Shown here piece by piece: positions 1-10,161 of a stretch of 64,000 nt of DNA (its first letter is position 1; each line of letters opens with the position of its first letter). Under the pieces are notes generated by a model that had not been told where the DNA came from, did not search any database, and worked only from the letters and a program-made list of their open reading frames with translations. Location of the stretch: NCBI GenBank assembly GCA_016839805.1, contig JAEOTO010000006.1:1-64000 (forward strand), in the 5' to 3' direction. This DNA comes from Candidatus Hermodarchaeota archaeon. GTDB lineage: Archaea > Asgardarchaeota > Hermodarchaeia > Hermodarchaeales > Hermodarchaeaceae. Both the position numbers and the translations under genes were made by a program.

Positions 1-2
1 AC

Positions 3-464
3 CTCATTCGAGGTCGAAGTATTGAAGCAATGATTGCTTCCTGCGTCTACGCAGCCTGTCGCCTCCGTAAGGTCCCACGGACACTAGATGAAATAGCTCA
101 CCACAGTCGAATCAGCCGCAAGGAACTCGGACGATGTTATCGGCTCCTCCTTCGCGAACTCGAGGTTCGAATCCCAATCGCCTCACCCACCGATTTCATT
201 CCACGCTTTGCTCAAGCGTTAGAACTAAGCGGAGACGTCCAACACACAGCAGCCGAAATCGTCGATTCAGCCCGTTCCAAAGGCATCACAGCCGGCAAAG
301 ATCCCACAGGTCTCGCCGCGGCTAGCCTATATATCGCCTCAATCCAAGAAGGCGAACGTCGTACCCAACGTGAAATTGCCGAAATAAGCCGAGTCACCGA
401 AGTTACGGTGCGAAATCGCTACAAAGAACTTGTTCGTGAACTCGGATTGAAAGTTGAGGTCTGA
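3..464 (+). CDS. tfb: Transcription initiation factor IIB, 5'-truncated at window edge
   Basis: Frame open from nt 3 (LIRGRSIEAM...); cyclin-repeat motifs YAACR..PRTLDEIA, GKDPTGLAAASLY, RTQREIAEISRVTEVTVRNRYKEL. Confidence 0.96.
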   Translation, partial: LIRGRSIEAMIASCVYAACRLRKVPRTLDEIAHHSRISRKELGRCYRLLLRELEVRIPIASPTDFIPRFAQALELSGDVQHTAAEIVDSARSKGITAGKDPTGLAAASLYIASIQEGERRTQREIAEISRVTEVTVRNRYKELVRELGLKVEV

Positions 465-482
465 GCAATCAGCTCAGATCCG

Positions 483-502
483 GCTTTTCTCTTTTTCATT
501 TG
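483..502 (+). terminator. Oligo-T terminator-like tract after tfb
   Basis: GCTTTTCTCTTTTTCATTT about 20 nt after the stop codon. Confidence 0.45.
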
Positions 503-738
503 AAAAAGGTTCTGAAAATGACCAAAATCATTAGGAAAATCCTAGTACAATGCCATTATCATGATTCAATTATTAGCCAGTTTAAAGCACATCCAGTCTT
601 TCAAATCGAAGAGACCTGTTCAATGATTTTTGTCGCCGTTTTTCACTCCGCCAAAAGGTAAATCAACAAGAACTACACCAATAACCGATACTCGGTTATC
701 TCCGACTGATAACAATAAAATGGAGCGTAAAATGACTC

Positions 739-2502
739 ATGAAAGAAATGCTCTGGCACAAGCATCACTGGCCTGAAAACGTTCGAAAAACCATTGACTA
801 TCCAAATGAACCCCTCTATAAAATTCTTGATAAAGCAGCTAAAGTAGCTGGTGATAAAACCTATACCATCTTCTATACCGAACGAACTTTTGCACACGTC
901 CACGAAAGCGCTAATCGTATAGCCAACTTTCTCCACAGTAAAGGTGTCAAAAAGGGTGACCGAGTGGCACTCTTTTTGCCCAATATGCCTCACTATCCAC
1001 CAATCTTCTTTGGCATCCTCAAGGCAGGAGCAACAGTTGTAACCTGTAACCCACGGTACAAAGCTCCTGAGCTTCAGCACCAGTTCAAGGATTCGGGTGC
1101 GAAAATGGTCTTTTGTGTAGACCATCCCGAACTCACACCAACCTGTTATGAGGCTGTCAAAGGAACAGATGTCAAACACGTCATCATTTGCAGTGTCAAA
1201 CCTTGGCTTCCCAAATTCAAAGCCATCATTGGCGGACTTCTTGGAAAAATACCCAAAAGCCCCTACTATGAAGAAGGAATTACATTCCACTACGATGACA
1301 TCATGGCGAACTACCCACCGAAGCCCCCCAAGGTCACAATCAAACCCAAGGACGACTTAGCTCTGATATTGTACACCGGTGGAACCACTGGTGTTCCTAA
1401 AGGTGCAATGTTAACCCATTATAACCTCTATACCAATGTCCTCCAATATAACGAATGGATTTGGCTTGAACCCGATGAGGGTGGACCCGCCGTTCCAGTT
1501 GACATTGGAAATGAGGTATACGTGGGGGCCTTGCCTTGGTATCACAGCTTTGGACTCACCTTGACATTGATTGCCTCCGCCCTTCATCAAAGTAAACTCA
1601 TCTGCATTGCTGATCCTCGGGCAGGAAAACCACCATTTTCAGATCTCCTTGACTCAATTCAAAAATACAAAGTAACATTGCTACATGCTGTTCCAGCGAT
1701 GTATGCTGCTCTCGCGTACCATTCCAATGTTGCCAAATATGATCTCACCAGTCTCAAAGCTTGCGGAGCAGGAGCTGCAGCTCTTGCCCCTGCAACAGCT
1801 AAAGCCTTTGAAGATGTCACAGGTGCTACACTCTTTGAAGGCTACGGACTTACTGAAACTTCACCTTTGGCATCAGCTGATCCTTCCAATAAACGCCAAC
1901 GCAAGGATGGTTCTGTCGGATTCCCAATGCCTGATACTGTCATCAAAATCGTCGACGTTGATACAGGCAAGAAGGAAATGAAGACTGGAGACGATGGAGA
2001 AGTTGCCATTCACGGACCACAAGTCATGAAAGGCTACTGGAACAAATCTAAAGAAACTGCTGCTGTCATGCAAACTATCGGTGGCAAACGTTACTTCCTC
2101 TCTGGGGACATCGGACACTTCGACAAGGAAGGCTATCTAGTCATCACCGACCGCAAGAAAGACATGATCAACGTCAGTGGAATGAAAGCTTGGCCTGCAG
2201 AAATCGAAGAAATCCTTACGGAGCATCCAAAGATTCAATTGGCTGCTGTCATTGGAATCCCACGAGAGGATGATCCTGGTAACGAAACGGTCAAAGCCTA
2301 CGTTGTTCTCACTCCTGGTCAAACAGCAACTGAAGAGGAAATCATGACCTGGGCAAAGACTAGGATGACGGCATATAAACGACCGAAAGCAGTGGAGTTC
2401 CGGGATTCACTACCGCAAAGTGCGGTAGGTAAGGTCCTCCGTCGAGTTCTTCGTGATGAGGAACTAGCCAAAATAGGTGAAAAATGGGAACCCTCAGGTT
2501 AA
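739..2502 (+). CDS. fadD: Long-chain-fatty-acid--CoA ligase (AMP-binding family)
   Basis: YTGGTTGVPKG, EGYGLTETSP, SGDIG, DRKKDMI, SAVGKVLRR adenylation motifs. Confidence 0.92.
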   Translation: MKEMLWHKHHWPENVRKTIDYPNEPLYKILDKAAKVAGDKTYTIFYTERTFAHVHESANRIANFLHSKGVKKGDRVALFLPNMPHYPPIFFGILKAGATVVTCNPRYKAPELQHQFKDSGAKMVFCVDHPELTPTCYEAVKGTDVKHVIICSVKPWLPKFKAIIGGLLGKIPKSPYYEEGITFHYDDIMANYPPKPPKVTIKPKDDLALILYTGGTTGVPKGAMLTHYNLYTNVLQYNEWIWLEPDEGGPAVPVDIGNEVYVGALPWYHSFGLTLTLIASALHQSKLICIADPRAGKPPFSDLLDSIQKYKVTLLHAVPAMYAALAYHSNVAKYDLTSLKACGAGAAALAPATAKAFEDVTGATLFEGYGLTETSPLASADPSNKRQRKDGSVGFPMPDTVIKIVDVDTGKKEMKTGDDGEVAIHGPQVMKGYWNKSKETAAVMQTIGGKRYFLSGDIGHFDKEGYLVITDRKKDMINVSGMKAWPAEIEEILTEHPKIQLAAVIGIPREDDPGNETVKAYVVLTPGQTATEEEIMTWAKTRMTAYKRPKAVEFRDSLPQSAVGKVLRRVLRDEELAKIGEKWEPSG

Positions 2503-2634
2503 CTAATCTCAGAGGGTTTCCTTCTCTTCTTTTTTACATTCTTGTTACTTTCGAGTGCGATTTTTATTAGTTTTTGCGAGAAGTTACATGATTTCTGCAG
2601 GAGTGCGTGATAATTTTACTCCAACGGTTTTTCA

Positions 2635-3723
2635 CTAATTGGAGCCACTGGCTCTGCGTTGAGAGCGTCTTTCACCAATTTTAGTGTAAAGTTCAAAGGC
2701 GTTTGCTGGTGGAACAGTAACCTCGGTTTCGTCTTTTCGTTCCAATGTCAAGGCTTCAGAAGGACAGGTACTGATGCAAAGTCCACATCCAATACAGTAA
2801 TCCAGATCAATTTGTGCTAGGTCGCCTTCGATAGTAATCGCATCCATTTGACAACGATCAATACATGTTTGACAACCCGTACAACTATCAGCGTCAACAA
2901 CTGCATAGTAGTTACTTGGAATGAGTGTTGCTGGTTTGGGCAGTTTTTTCAGGTTCGTTAAGATACCACAGTGGCAGCCACAGCAATTGCAAATCACAAA
3001 GCCTTTTTGATCGTTACTTGGGCTACAAACTAGGCCGGCATCGTGTGCTTGGTCAAGAATTTTGAGCGCTTCGTCTACTGTGATTTCACGACCATATCCA
3101 TTTTCAATATAATAGTAAGCTCCGGTCGAGAAGACCATGCAAACTTCTTCAGGCTTATCACAGTTGGCTCCTAGAACCTCTTTCTCACGCTTGCAGATAC
3201 AAGGTGCGACGGCGATTTTACTTTGCTTTTTGATAATTTCTCGAGCATCTTCATGGGGTAAAATGCCCATTGAAGGAGACAGGCTAGCAGCAACAGGAAT
3301 TACGCGAAGTTGAGGTGGGTCATTAGCAATAAGTTCTTCTCGCAGGGCTTCTTCCATATATTGCTCGAAATCCTCAGCTAACTCTTTGCTCATATGGTTG
3401 ACTTGATGTTCGTATATGCCAACAGCAAACCATTCTGCACGATACTGTGTAATCCCCCCTTTGTGTGAACGGAAAATTAACCCCTTATCGGCTAAACGTT
3501 CCAGTAGCGGTTTGATTTTTTCTGGATCTCGGTTAGCTCGTTGGGCAATTTCTTCGACTGTTTCTGGTATGTAAGTAAGGTGAATAGCCATCTCAGCCTC
3601 TTCTTTAGTGAACAGCCGTTTAAGGATTCGAATTTCTACACCTGATTCAGTTTTTGGATAACCAACTGGGAGATCATCAAGATGTTCTCTTAACTGCTCA
3701 TACACATCTTTAGGTTCCAACAT
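2635..3723 (-). CDS. Winged-helix + Cys-cluster + 2x[4Fe-4S] protein (paralog 1)
   Basis: N-terminal HTH-like region; CIC..C..C and ICNCCGCHC; two CxxCxxCxxxC motifs. Confidence 0.85.
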   Translation of the reverse strand: MLEPKDVYEQLREHLDDLPVGYPKTESGVEIRILKRLFTKEEAEMAIHLTYIPETVEEIAQRANRDPEKIKPLLERLADKGLIFRSHKGGITQYRAEWFAVGIYEHQVNHMSKELAEDFEQYMEEALREELIANDPPQLRVIPVAASLSPSMGILPHEDAREIIKKQSKIAVAPCICKREKEVLGANCDKPEEVCMVFSTGAYYYIENGYGREITVDEALKILDQAHDAGLVCSPSNDQKGFVICNCCGCHCGILTNLKKLPKPATLIPSNYYAVVDADSCTGCQTCIDRCQMDAITIEGDLAQIDLDYCIGCGLCISTCPSEALTLERKDETEVTVPPANAFELYTKIGERRSQRRASGSN

Positions 3724-3752
3724 TATGCACTCCGTGTTACTTGGGTTATGGT

Positions 3753-4838
3753 TTACTTTGATTTTTGTGCTAATCGCTCTAAACCTGCTTTTTCATAGAG
3801 CTTGTACATATTTTCTGGTGGGACACGAATGGCACTTTCATCTTTTTGTTTTAAAGTAACTGCTTCAGACGAGCAAGTACTCACGCAAAGACCACAGCCG
3901 ATACAGAAGTCTAGGTCAATATTTGCTTTGCCCTCGTCTATCTTAATGGCGTCCATTTGGCAACGGTCTAAACAGGTTTCACATCCAGTACATAATTCAG
4001 AGTCAACAACAACAAAATAGTTACTATGACACATCGAGCTTGGTTTCGGATATTTTTTATAACTTTTCAGAATGTCACAACAACAGCCGCAGCATAAACA
4101 GATAATGGCACCTTTTTGATCATTGCTGGGACTGCAAACCAAGCCTGCTGCCTCTGCCTCATCGAGAATCTCCAACGCTTCTTCTTGGGTGATTTCTCGG
4201 GCTAGCCCCGCTTCAAGAAATGTCCATGCACCGCTAGAAAAGATCATGCATACTTCACGAGGATTATCACACCCCTCTCCCAGCATGGCGCTTTTCTTTT
4301 TACAAATACATTCCATGACCGCGAGCTTGCTTTGCTGTTTCACAATTGCTCTAATATCTTCGTACGGTGCCACTCCCAGCTCTGGAGTTATACTTGATTC
4401 TACTGGCACAGTGCGAAATTGGACAGTTTTTGGCTTAATAAGTTCGTCTCTGAGGGCCTCGTCCAAATATTGATCGAAATCTCGGGCAAATTCTTTGGTA
4501 ATCGTTCCAAGTTGGCGTTCATAGATGCCGATGAGAAAAAATCCAGCTGAATAGGTGGTGACACCACCCTTTCGTGTGTGAAAAATCAATCCTTTTCGAA
4601 CCATTTCTTCTAAAATCGCTTCGGTCTCAGAGGGCTCTCTTCCGAGGCGATTTACGATTTGGTCAGTAGTTTCGGGCATAATGGTTAGCTGTGTGGCTAG
4701 TTCAGCTTCTTCTTGGGTGAAAAGTTGTTTGAGAATCCGTATTTCTACTCCCGATTTAGTTTTGGGAAAACCAACGGGTAAATTGTCCAGATGCTCACGT
4801 AGGCTTTCATACACGGTATCACTACTCATGATGCTCAC
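3753..4838 (-). CDS. Winged-helix + Cys-cluster + 2x[4Fe-4S] protein (paralog 2)
   Basis: Aligns end to end with 2635-3723 (LREHLD.LPVG.PKT.SGVEIRILK; AGLVCSPSNDQKG; DRCQMDAI). Confidence 0.85.
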   Translation of the reverse strand: MSIMSSDTVYESLREHLDNLPVGFPKTKSGVEIRILKQLFTQEEAELATQLTIMPETTDQIVNRLGREPSETEAILEEMVRKGLIFHTRKGGVTTYSAGFFLIGIYERQLGTITKEFARDFDQYLDEALRDELIKPKTVQFRTVPVESSITPELGVAPYEDIRAIVKQQSKLAVMECICKKKSAMLGEGCDNPREVCMIFSSGAWTFLEAGLAREITQEEALEILDEAEAAGLVCSPSNDQKGAIICLCCGCCCDILKSYKKYPKPSSMCHSNYFVVVDSELCTGCETCLDRCQMDAIKIDEGKANIDLDFCIGCGLCVSTCSSEAVTLKQKDESAIRVPPENMYKLYEKAGLERLAQKSK

Positions 4839-4913
4839 CCATGTTTTGCCTACATACGCGATTGTTCCTTGAATATCTTCTGTTAGTATTCAAAACTTGA
4901 TAACAAAACTGAG

Positions 4914-5501
4914 TTAGAGTTTATGACCGCAGTTGGAGCAGTGCTTTGAATCCGGTTCTACCACTGATCCGCAGTTTTCACAATGATGCATAGATGATTT
5001 ACCAGGAATATATCCGGTATCACGGGTTTTAGGCCTCGTTCTTTCTATGACTTCTTGTGTTTCTAGAATGGCAGGGAAATGCCAAAGGTATAATCCTGCA
5101 GCTAATGTAGCCCCGAGGAGTCCCATGATGATGTCACGGACACCATTCCACCAGAAGTTAGAATAGAAACCAAGCCACGGAAGGAAAACTGATAAAAATT
5201 CCTCAAGGATTTCCCAGGCAAACGCTACTGCAAGTGTATATAGAATCGCTGGGAGAATCACGAGAAGAAGAGGTGGAATAAGTGGAAACGCCTTCTTCCA
5301 GGATCTGCCGATATTAAAATTTAGAAGCAGTGCACATATAGCGGTCCCGTAGAGAAAGTGTGGAATCATATCAAGATAGGAGCCAGGACTGTATCCGCCG
5401 GTAAGTTGAATCCAGACGTGAGCACTGGTACCGAGAATAAAGAAAATTAGTGTGGTAATAAGCCAGACTTTGTCTGTTCGGAACCAAGAACCATTGGACA
5501 T
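4914..5501 (-). CDS. Membrane protein (4 TM) with C-terminal zinc ribbon
   Basis: D..PHF, WEILE, RDI motifs (VanZ/DUF2238-like) in TM segments; CENC..CSNC at the C-terminus. Confidence 0.75.
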   Translation of the reverse strand: MSNGSWFRTDKVWLITTLIFFILGTSAHVWIQLTGGYSPGSYLDMIPHFLYGTAICALLLNFNIGRSWKKAFPLIPPLLLVILPAILYTLAVAFAWEILEEFLSVFLPWLGFYSNFWWNGVRDIIMGLLGATLAAGLYLWHFPAILETQEVIERTRPKTRDTGYIPGKSSMHHCENCGSVVEPDSKHCSNCGHKL

Positions 5502-5564
5502 AGTTTCTTCTCTCCATTATAGTCCTCTGTCATAAGCACAAAAATTTGTGTATTTAGGGTCAAA

Positions 5565-7328
5565 TCACAGCGAGGGGATGGGGATTTCACCATCGAAGAA
5601 AAAGCTGTTCTTTCGTACATATTGAAGATAACTCTGAATTTCCTGTTGAATCGTCTTCTTTGACCATCCAAGTATTTGCCCCATTCGGTCTGCGGCTATG
5701 GCTGCAATGTGTCCCTGGTATTCTGGCCGTACTAACCAGCAAACCTCCATTCGCCGGCAGAGGACATCAACCAGATGGAGTGGAGCCTCATGTTGGACGA
5801 GGTATTCTAACTCACCGATTATCCATGGAGCTACTTCAACCGGATAGACTGGATCTTCGAGTAATCTTTCACCTAACTCAGGATTTCGCTGAATTTCACG
5901 GAGAATGGTTAATCCTCCCCGTCCGTATTGCTGATACAGATGTTGAAGAATATGCGGGTGGAGTGCCGAATTGACAACTTCTGGCAGTGATTGCCATTCC
6001 TTTTTTGAAAGGCTGATGGCGTATGCGATTTTTGTTAGATTCTTTTTTCCTGAAAACTTTGGTAACCCGTGACGGTGACTTCCTTTCTTGATATGGTTAA
6101 TGAGTAAATCTTCGGCCATTTTTCGAAAAGTTGTTAATTTTCCTCCAAGCAGACTGTACATGCCATCGTCTCGTTCTAACACGGTGTGTTTTCGGGATAC
6201 ATCACTTTCAGCTTTCCCAATTTCTGCCATTAATGGTCGAAGTCCTGCATAGGTTCCCTGAATAACCTCGTCGCTGATACTTGCTTCGGGAAAAAGAATT
6301 CTTATTGTATTCCGTAGGTATTCGGCATCCTCACGTGTGCAAACACACTCGGCCGGGTCGCCTGAATAATCCGTATCAGTCGTTCCAACAAGCACCCATT
6401 CATTCCGTCGAATGGCAAAGAAAAATCGCCTGTCATCAATGGAATTCATTGCGAATGTATCATTAATCGGGAAATCCTTCCGATGGAACGCTAAATGAAC
6501 GCCTTTCGTTGGTCGAAGTATTTTTTCAGCATTTTTAACGTTTAACACAAGGAGTTCATCTGCCCATGCTCCTGTAGTATTGACGACAACCTTTCCTCGA
6601 ATATGCATTTTTTTAGCGGTGGAATTATGAAGATCGATGGCTTCAAGGCCATTAATCCGGCCTTTGGCATCATGGGTAAAACCGATAACGCGAACATAAC
6701 TCATTGGGAGTGCTTCTCCCTTCCACATTGCTTCTTTGAGTGTTTCAATTACCATTCGTGCATCATCGATATTCGAATCATACCACATTACGGCGCCTTT
6801 TGTTCGGGAGTCATCGAATAAGGGTTCGAGTTCCTTAATTGCATTAACGTCTTTTATTCCCTTTCCGCGTTTGAAGTTTTTGAAGCCAGACAAAAGGTCA
6901 TAAAGAAACGCTCCGAGTCGCACTGTGCGATAACTCCAGCTTTTGGGCAAATCACGGGTTCCAAGCGTCCCCTCCTCTAAAATTGGATAAAGAAATCTTG
7001 TCGGTCGCGTAAGATGTGGTAAACCCCGGTCCCGCAACCAATTTCTCTCAGTGGTGGCTTCTCGAACTAATCCAAATTCCTTTTGTTCCAGATACCGAAA
7101 ACCTCCATGGGCCAGTTTCGTGGATCGACTCGACGTTCCAAAGGCGAAATCATATTGATCGAGAACCGCGACACTTAACCCACGATAAACTGCTTCTAAA
7201 GCGACCCCAGCTCCATTAATTCCTGCGCCAATAACTACAAGATCCCAGGTCGTATCCTGCAATTCTTGAAGTTTCTGCTGACGATTGATTTGGCTGAATG
7301 AGAGCGTTTCAATACACTCCTGAGACAT
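5565..7328 (-). CDS. glpD: FAD-dependent glycerol-3-phosphate dehydrogenase/oxidase
   Basis: IGAGING, GTSSRSTKLAHGG.RYL, DDAR, PTKGVH, GTTD, AGLRPL, GGKLTTFRKMAE. Confidence 0.92.
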   Translation of the reverse strand: MSQECIETLSFSQINRQQKLQELQDTTWDLVVIGAGINGAGVALEAVYRGLSVAVLDQYDFAFGTSSRSTKLAHGGFRYLEQKEFGLVREATTERNWLRDRGLPHLTRPTRFLYPILEEGTLGTRDLPKSWSYRTVRLGAFLYDLLSGFKNFKRGKGIKDVNAIKELEPLFDDSRTKGAVMWYDSNIDDARMVIETLKEAMWKGEALPMSYVRVIGFTHDAKGRINGLEAIDLHNSTAKKMHIRGKVVVNTTGAWADELLVLNVKNAEKILRPTKGVHLAFHRKDFPINDTFAMNSIDDRRFFFAIRRNEWVLVGTTDTDYSGDPAECVCTREDAEYLRNTIRILFPEASISDEVIQGTYAGLRPLMAEIGKAESDVSRKHTVLERDDGMYSLLGGKLTTFRKMAEDLLINHIKKGSHRHGLPKFSGKKNLTKIAYAISLSKKEWQSLPEVVNSALHPHILQHLYQQYGRGGLTILREIQRNPELGERLLEDPVYPVEVAPWIIGELEYLVQHEAPLHLVDVLCRRMEVCWLVRPEYQGHIAAIAADRMGQILGWSKKTIQQEIQSYLQYVRKNSFFFDGEIPIPSL

Positions 7329-7478
7329 AGCCTTGCACCTGTTCTGAATGAGTGATTTAATCTTCTTGAGCTTTACTCAGGCATCAAATCTGCTTAACAA
7401 GGAAAAGCAGCAAACTCAAGTTAAACAAAATACTTTAGTAACGTGGTGCACGGAGGAATCTTGTAACTGCTAAACTGG

Positions 7479-8327
7479 TTGGGAATTGCGAAGAGGTTTA
7501 GGGTATTGACAGTTCATAGCTTCTATGTCGTTGGATTAAGAGAAGGCTTCCCACTCTATAGCCGAAAATGGACCCATTCCGACGTAGATAGCGCACTTCT
7601 CTCAGGGTTCCTTGCAAGTATGGAACACATGGCTCAACAAGTCGCTGCACAACACGTCAATGTTGTGAACATGAAAGACCGTCGCTTTTTCTTTCAAATT
7701 GATGAAACTAATGGGTTGCTCCTCGTTTTTATCACAGACGTCAGTGAAAGTTCTGCCCGGTTCCGCAAATACCTCTCCCTTCTCAACAAAAAATTTGTCA
7801 AAATGTTCAAAAAACAACTCGAAGAACTCCACAAAGACGGCACTACTGATACTAACCTCTTCAAAAGCTTTGACGAATTCATCGACGACCTCGTCCTTAC
7901 CTGGTGGATGGGCGAAACCACCGTATCAGCCGCAAAGATAATGGACGTCTTCGAAGTCTTCACCATCTTCTTCAACACCATTCTACAAAACTTTCTGACC
8001 GACATCTCACGCCGAACCTACAACGACGACATTCAACACATCTTCAAAACCAACATGAAAAAAATCCCCGCCATTAAGGGCATACACATCGACCGCAGTG
8101 GTGTAGTCAACTACAAATCAATCGACCCCCAACAAATTAAATATCCACGTTTACGCCAAATTCTCTTCAAAATCTTCTCCCAACTTGTACAACTAACGCG
8201 CAAAACCATGCCCAAACAAACCTACCAATCACTGGTATTCGAACACATCAGTCCCCTCATCCGCGTTGAACAAGACCGCATGAAAACCTACTCACTAACT
8301 GAAAAAATCGTGATGGAACTACTATGA
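7479..8327 (+). CDS. Longin-like domain protein with helical C-terminal domain
   Basis: G.PLY..., D.ALLSGFLASM..MA, LLLVFITD, FKSFDEFIDDLV pattern typical of Asgard longin domains; start uncertain; ATGA overlap with the GTPase. Confidence 0.7.
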   Translation: MGIAKRFRVLTVHSFYVVGLREGFPLYSRKWTHSDVDSALLSGFLASMEHMAQQVAAQHVNVVNMKDRRFFFQIDETNGLLLVFITDVSESSARFRKYLSLLNKKFVKMFKKQLEELHKDGTTDTNLFKSFDEFIDDLVLTWWMGETTVSAAKIMDVFEVFTIFFNTILQNFLTDISRRTYNDDIQHIFKTNMKKIPAIKGIHIDRSGVVNYKSIDPQQIKYPRLRQILFKIFSQLVQLTRKTMPKQTYQSLVFEHISPLIRVEQDRMKTYSLTEKIVMELL

Positions 8328-8878
8328 ACAACCCCACAGAAAGTACAACCCAGCCCATCGAAACAAGGCGCCCCTATACTCATATCGCAAAAGCCGTTGT
8401 AATCGGCGATGCCGCCGTCGGCAAAACCAGTCTCCTAGTACGCTATGTCAAAGGCATCTTCAACCCCACTTACATCCTCACCATAGGCGTTGCATTTCAC
8501 GTCAAAGATATTTTATTAGGCGAGCATGTCTTGAGGCTCCAGTTATGGGATACTGGTGGTCAGGAGCGGTTTGGACCGATTCGACAGTTGTATTATCGGG
8601 GGACGAAGGGTGTCTTATTAGTGTATGACCGGGCAAATCGTGAAAGCTTTGATCGAGCAGCCTATTGGCTGAAAGAAGTACAGCGAGGCTGTGGAGATGT
8701 ACCAGTTGTATTGGTCGCAAATAAAGCAGACTTGAAGGCATTGGTAAAACCAAAGGAGGGAGAGGAGTTTGCTGGTGAACGTGGTATGGGCTTTGTGGAG
8801 ACGAGTGCAAAGACAGATATGAATACTGATCTCGCGTTCTCAATTCTAGCTTCGCGTATTATTGAAAATATGGGCTAG
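8324..8878 (+). CDS. Rab-like small GTPase
   Basis: G1 GDAAVGKTS, TIGVAF, G3 WDTGGQERF, YYRG, LVYD, G4 NKAD, G5 ETSAK; no C-terminal Cys. Confidence 0.93.
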   Translation: MNNPTESTTQPIETRRPYTHIAKAVVIGDAAVGKTSLLVRYVKGIFNPTYILTIGVAFHVKDILLGEHVLRLQLWDTGGQERFGPIRQLYYRGTKGVLLVYDRANRESFDRAAYWLKEVQRGCGDVPVVLVANKADLKALVKPKEGEEFAGERGMGFVETSAKTDMNTDLAFSILASRIIENMG

Positions 8879-9522
8879 GACTTCGTTAACTGGCTTCTTT
8901 TTTTGAAGACTGTGATGGTGGCTGCAAACGCTCCAAGCTTTGCTGAAATAAGTGTTGCTCCTGAGCCAATGATAATGATATCTCCCTCTTGTAAATCAAA
9001 AGTTTCGATAAGCTGGTACACATCCTGTTTTTTAACTTCATAAGATGTAGGCATAATGAGCTGATTGGGGTCAGAGGTTTGAATCAATGTTGTGGCACCC
9101 GTAGCGCCTGCTTGAATGGCGGCATCACGTTGTTCGACCCCATTTGTGATATGGTGTGCCATTTGGTGTAAATGGCACCCGAAATTAGAAGTGTCAATAG
9201 TGTAACTACTCTGTGGAAGCTCCATGAGTTTGATGAGCATTTGGTTGAGCTTCTCACAGTGACGTTTTCCTTCTGGAGAAAGCCGATGGCCTTGTCGACT
9301 TACAGGCTCAATGAGTCCACGATCTCGAAGAAAACGGATGAGGGATCGAATACTCCCACCTCCAAGTCCAAGATCAGAGCCTAGTTTGTATCGACCAATA
9401 GGAGAAGTGCTTTGACAAAAGGTATAGAATGCAGCAAGGAGGTGCCACGGGTGAAACTGAGTGGGTGGGCCTTGACGAGCATCAGTATTAAGAAGTTTGG
9501 TGAGCTCCATGAAGACCGTCAT
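8875..9522 (-). CDS. wHTH + DUF4443-like protein
   Basis: PIGRYKL..DLGLGGGSIRSL and GVEQRDAAIQAGATGATTL motifs. Confidence 0.75.
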   Translation of the reverse strand: MTVFMELTKLLNTDARQGPPTQFHPWHLLAAFYTFCQSTSPIGRYKLGSDLGLGGGSIRSLIRFLRDRGLIEPVSRQGHRLSPEGKRHCEKLNQMLIKLMELPQSSYTIDTSNFGCHLHQMAHHITNGVEQRDAAIQAGATGATTLIQTSDPNQLIMPTSYEVKKQDVYQLIETFDLQEGDIIIIGSGATLISAKLGAFAATITVFKKRSQLTKS

Positions 9523-9534
9523 CCTTCCTGCGTT

Positions 9535-10161
9535 TCATGCGAATGTATTTTCTTTTTTAGTTTTAATTGTATGTTGGCGTAGCGGGAATTGACTCCATTG
9601 AAGATGATGGGCTGCTCGGGTTACTGGTTGAGTGAGTAAACCGAAAAGGATTGCGTTGCTGACTATATGAACTATTGTGAAGGGCAGTCCTATAATGAGT
9701 ACCACGATGAATGGTATGCCAAAAGTAATGCTATATGCAAAATTGGTAACCAGATCAAAGAAGAGTGTTAGAAGTATGCCGAACAGGACTGGTAATAGAA
9801 ACCAACGGCTATCGGAATAATCTAGCCGTTGCAAGGCTTTTCCCAGGATGCCACCGATGACTCCAATAAAAATGGTGCATCCAATTACAGCTAATCCGAT
9901 TGGAGGAATGAATGCTCCCCAGGGATTCCAATACTGATAAATTATCATGGCGATTGAACCAACAAGGGCACCAATGACAGGTCCAAAAAGGAAACCGCTA
10001 AGAAATACCATAACGGAGGAGAGTTCGACATTCGGAAGTGCAGAAAGAGCATAGTTGCCACCGATAGCCAGGGCTGCAAGTACAGCAACTAATGCTACTC
10101 GGATTGTCACAGTTCTTTTCGGTTTTGAAGATCTCCCTCCATTATCCTTCAAGGTAATCAT
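9535..10161 (-). CDS. ECF transporter S component (CbrT-like, possibly cobalamin)
   Basis: ALVAVLAALA, LPNVEL, GLPFTIVHIVSNA; about 6 TM; start chosen at ATGA overlap with upstream gene. Confidence 0.8.
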   Translation of the reverse strand: MITLKDNGGRSSKPKRTVTIRVALVAVLAALAIGGNYALSALPNVELSSVMVFLSGFLFGPVIGALVGSIAMIIYQYWNPWGAFIPPIGLAVIGCTIFIGVIGGILGKALQRLDYSDSRWFLLPVLFGILLTLFFDLVTNFAYSITFGIPFIVVLIIGLPFTIVHIVSNAILFGLLTQPVTRAAHHLQWSQFPLRQHTIKTKKENTFA

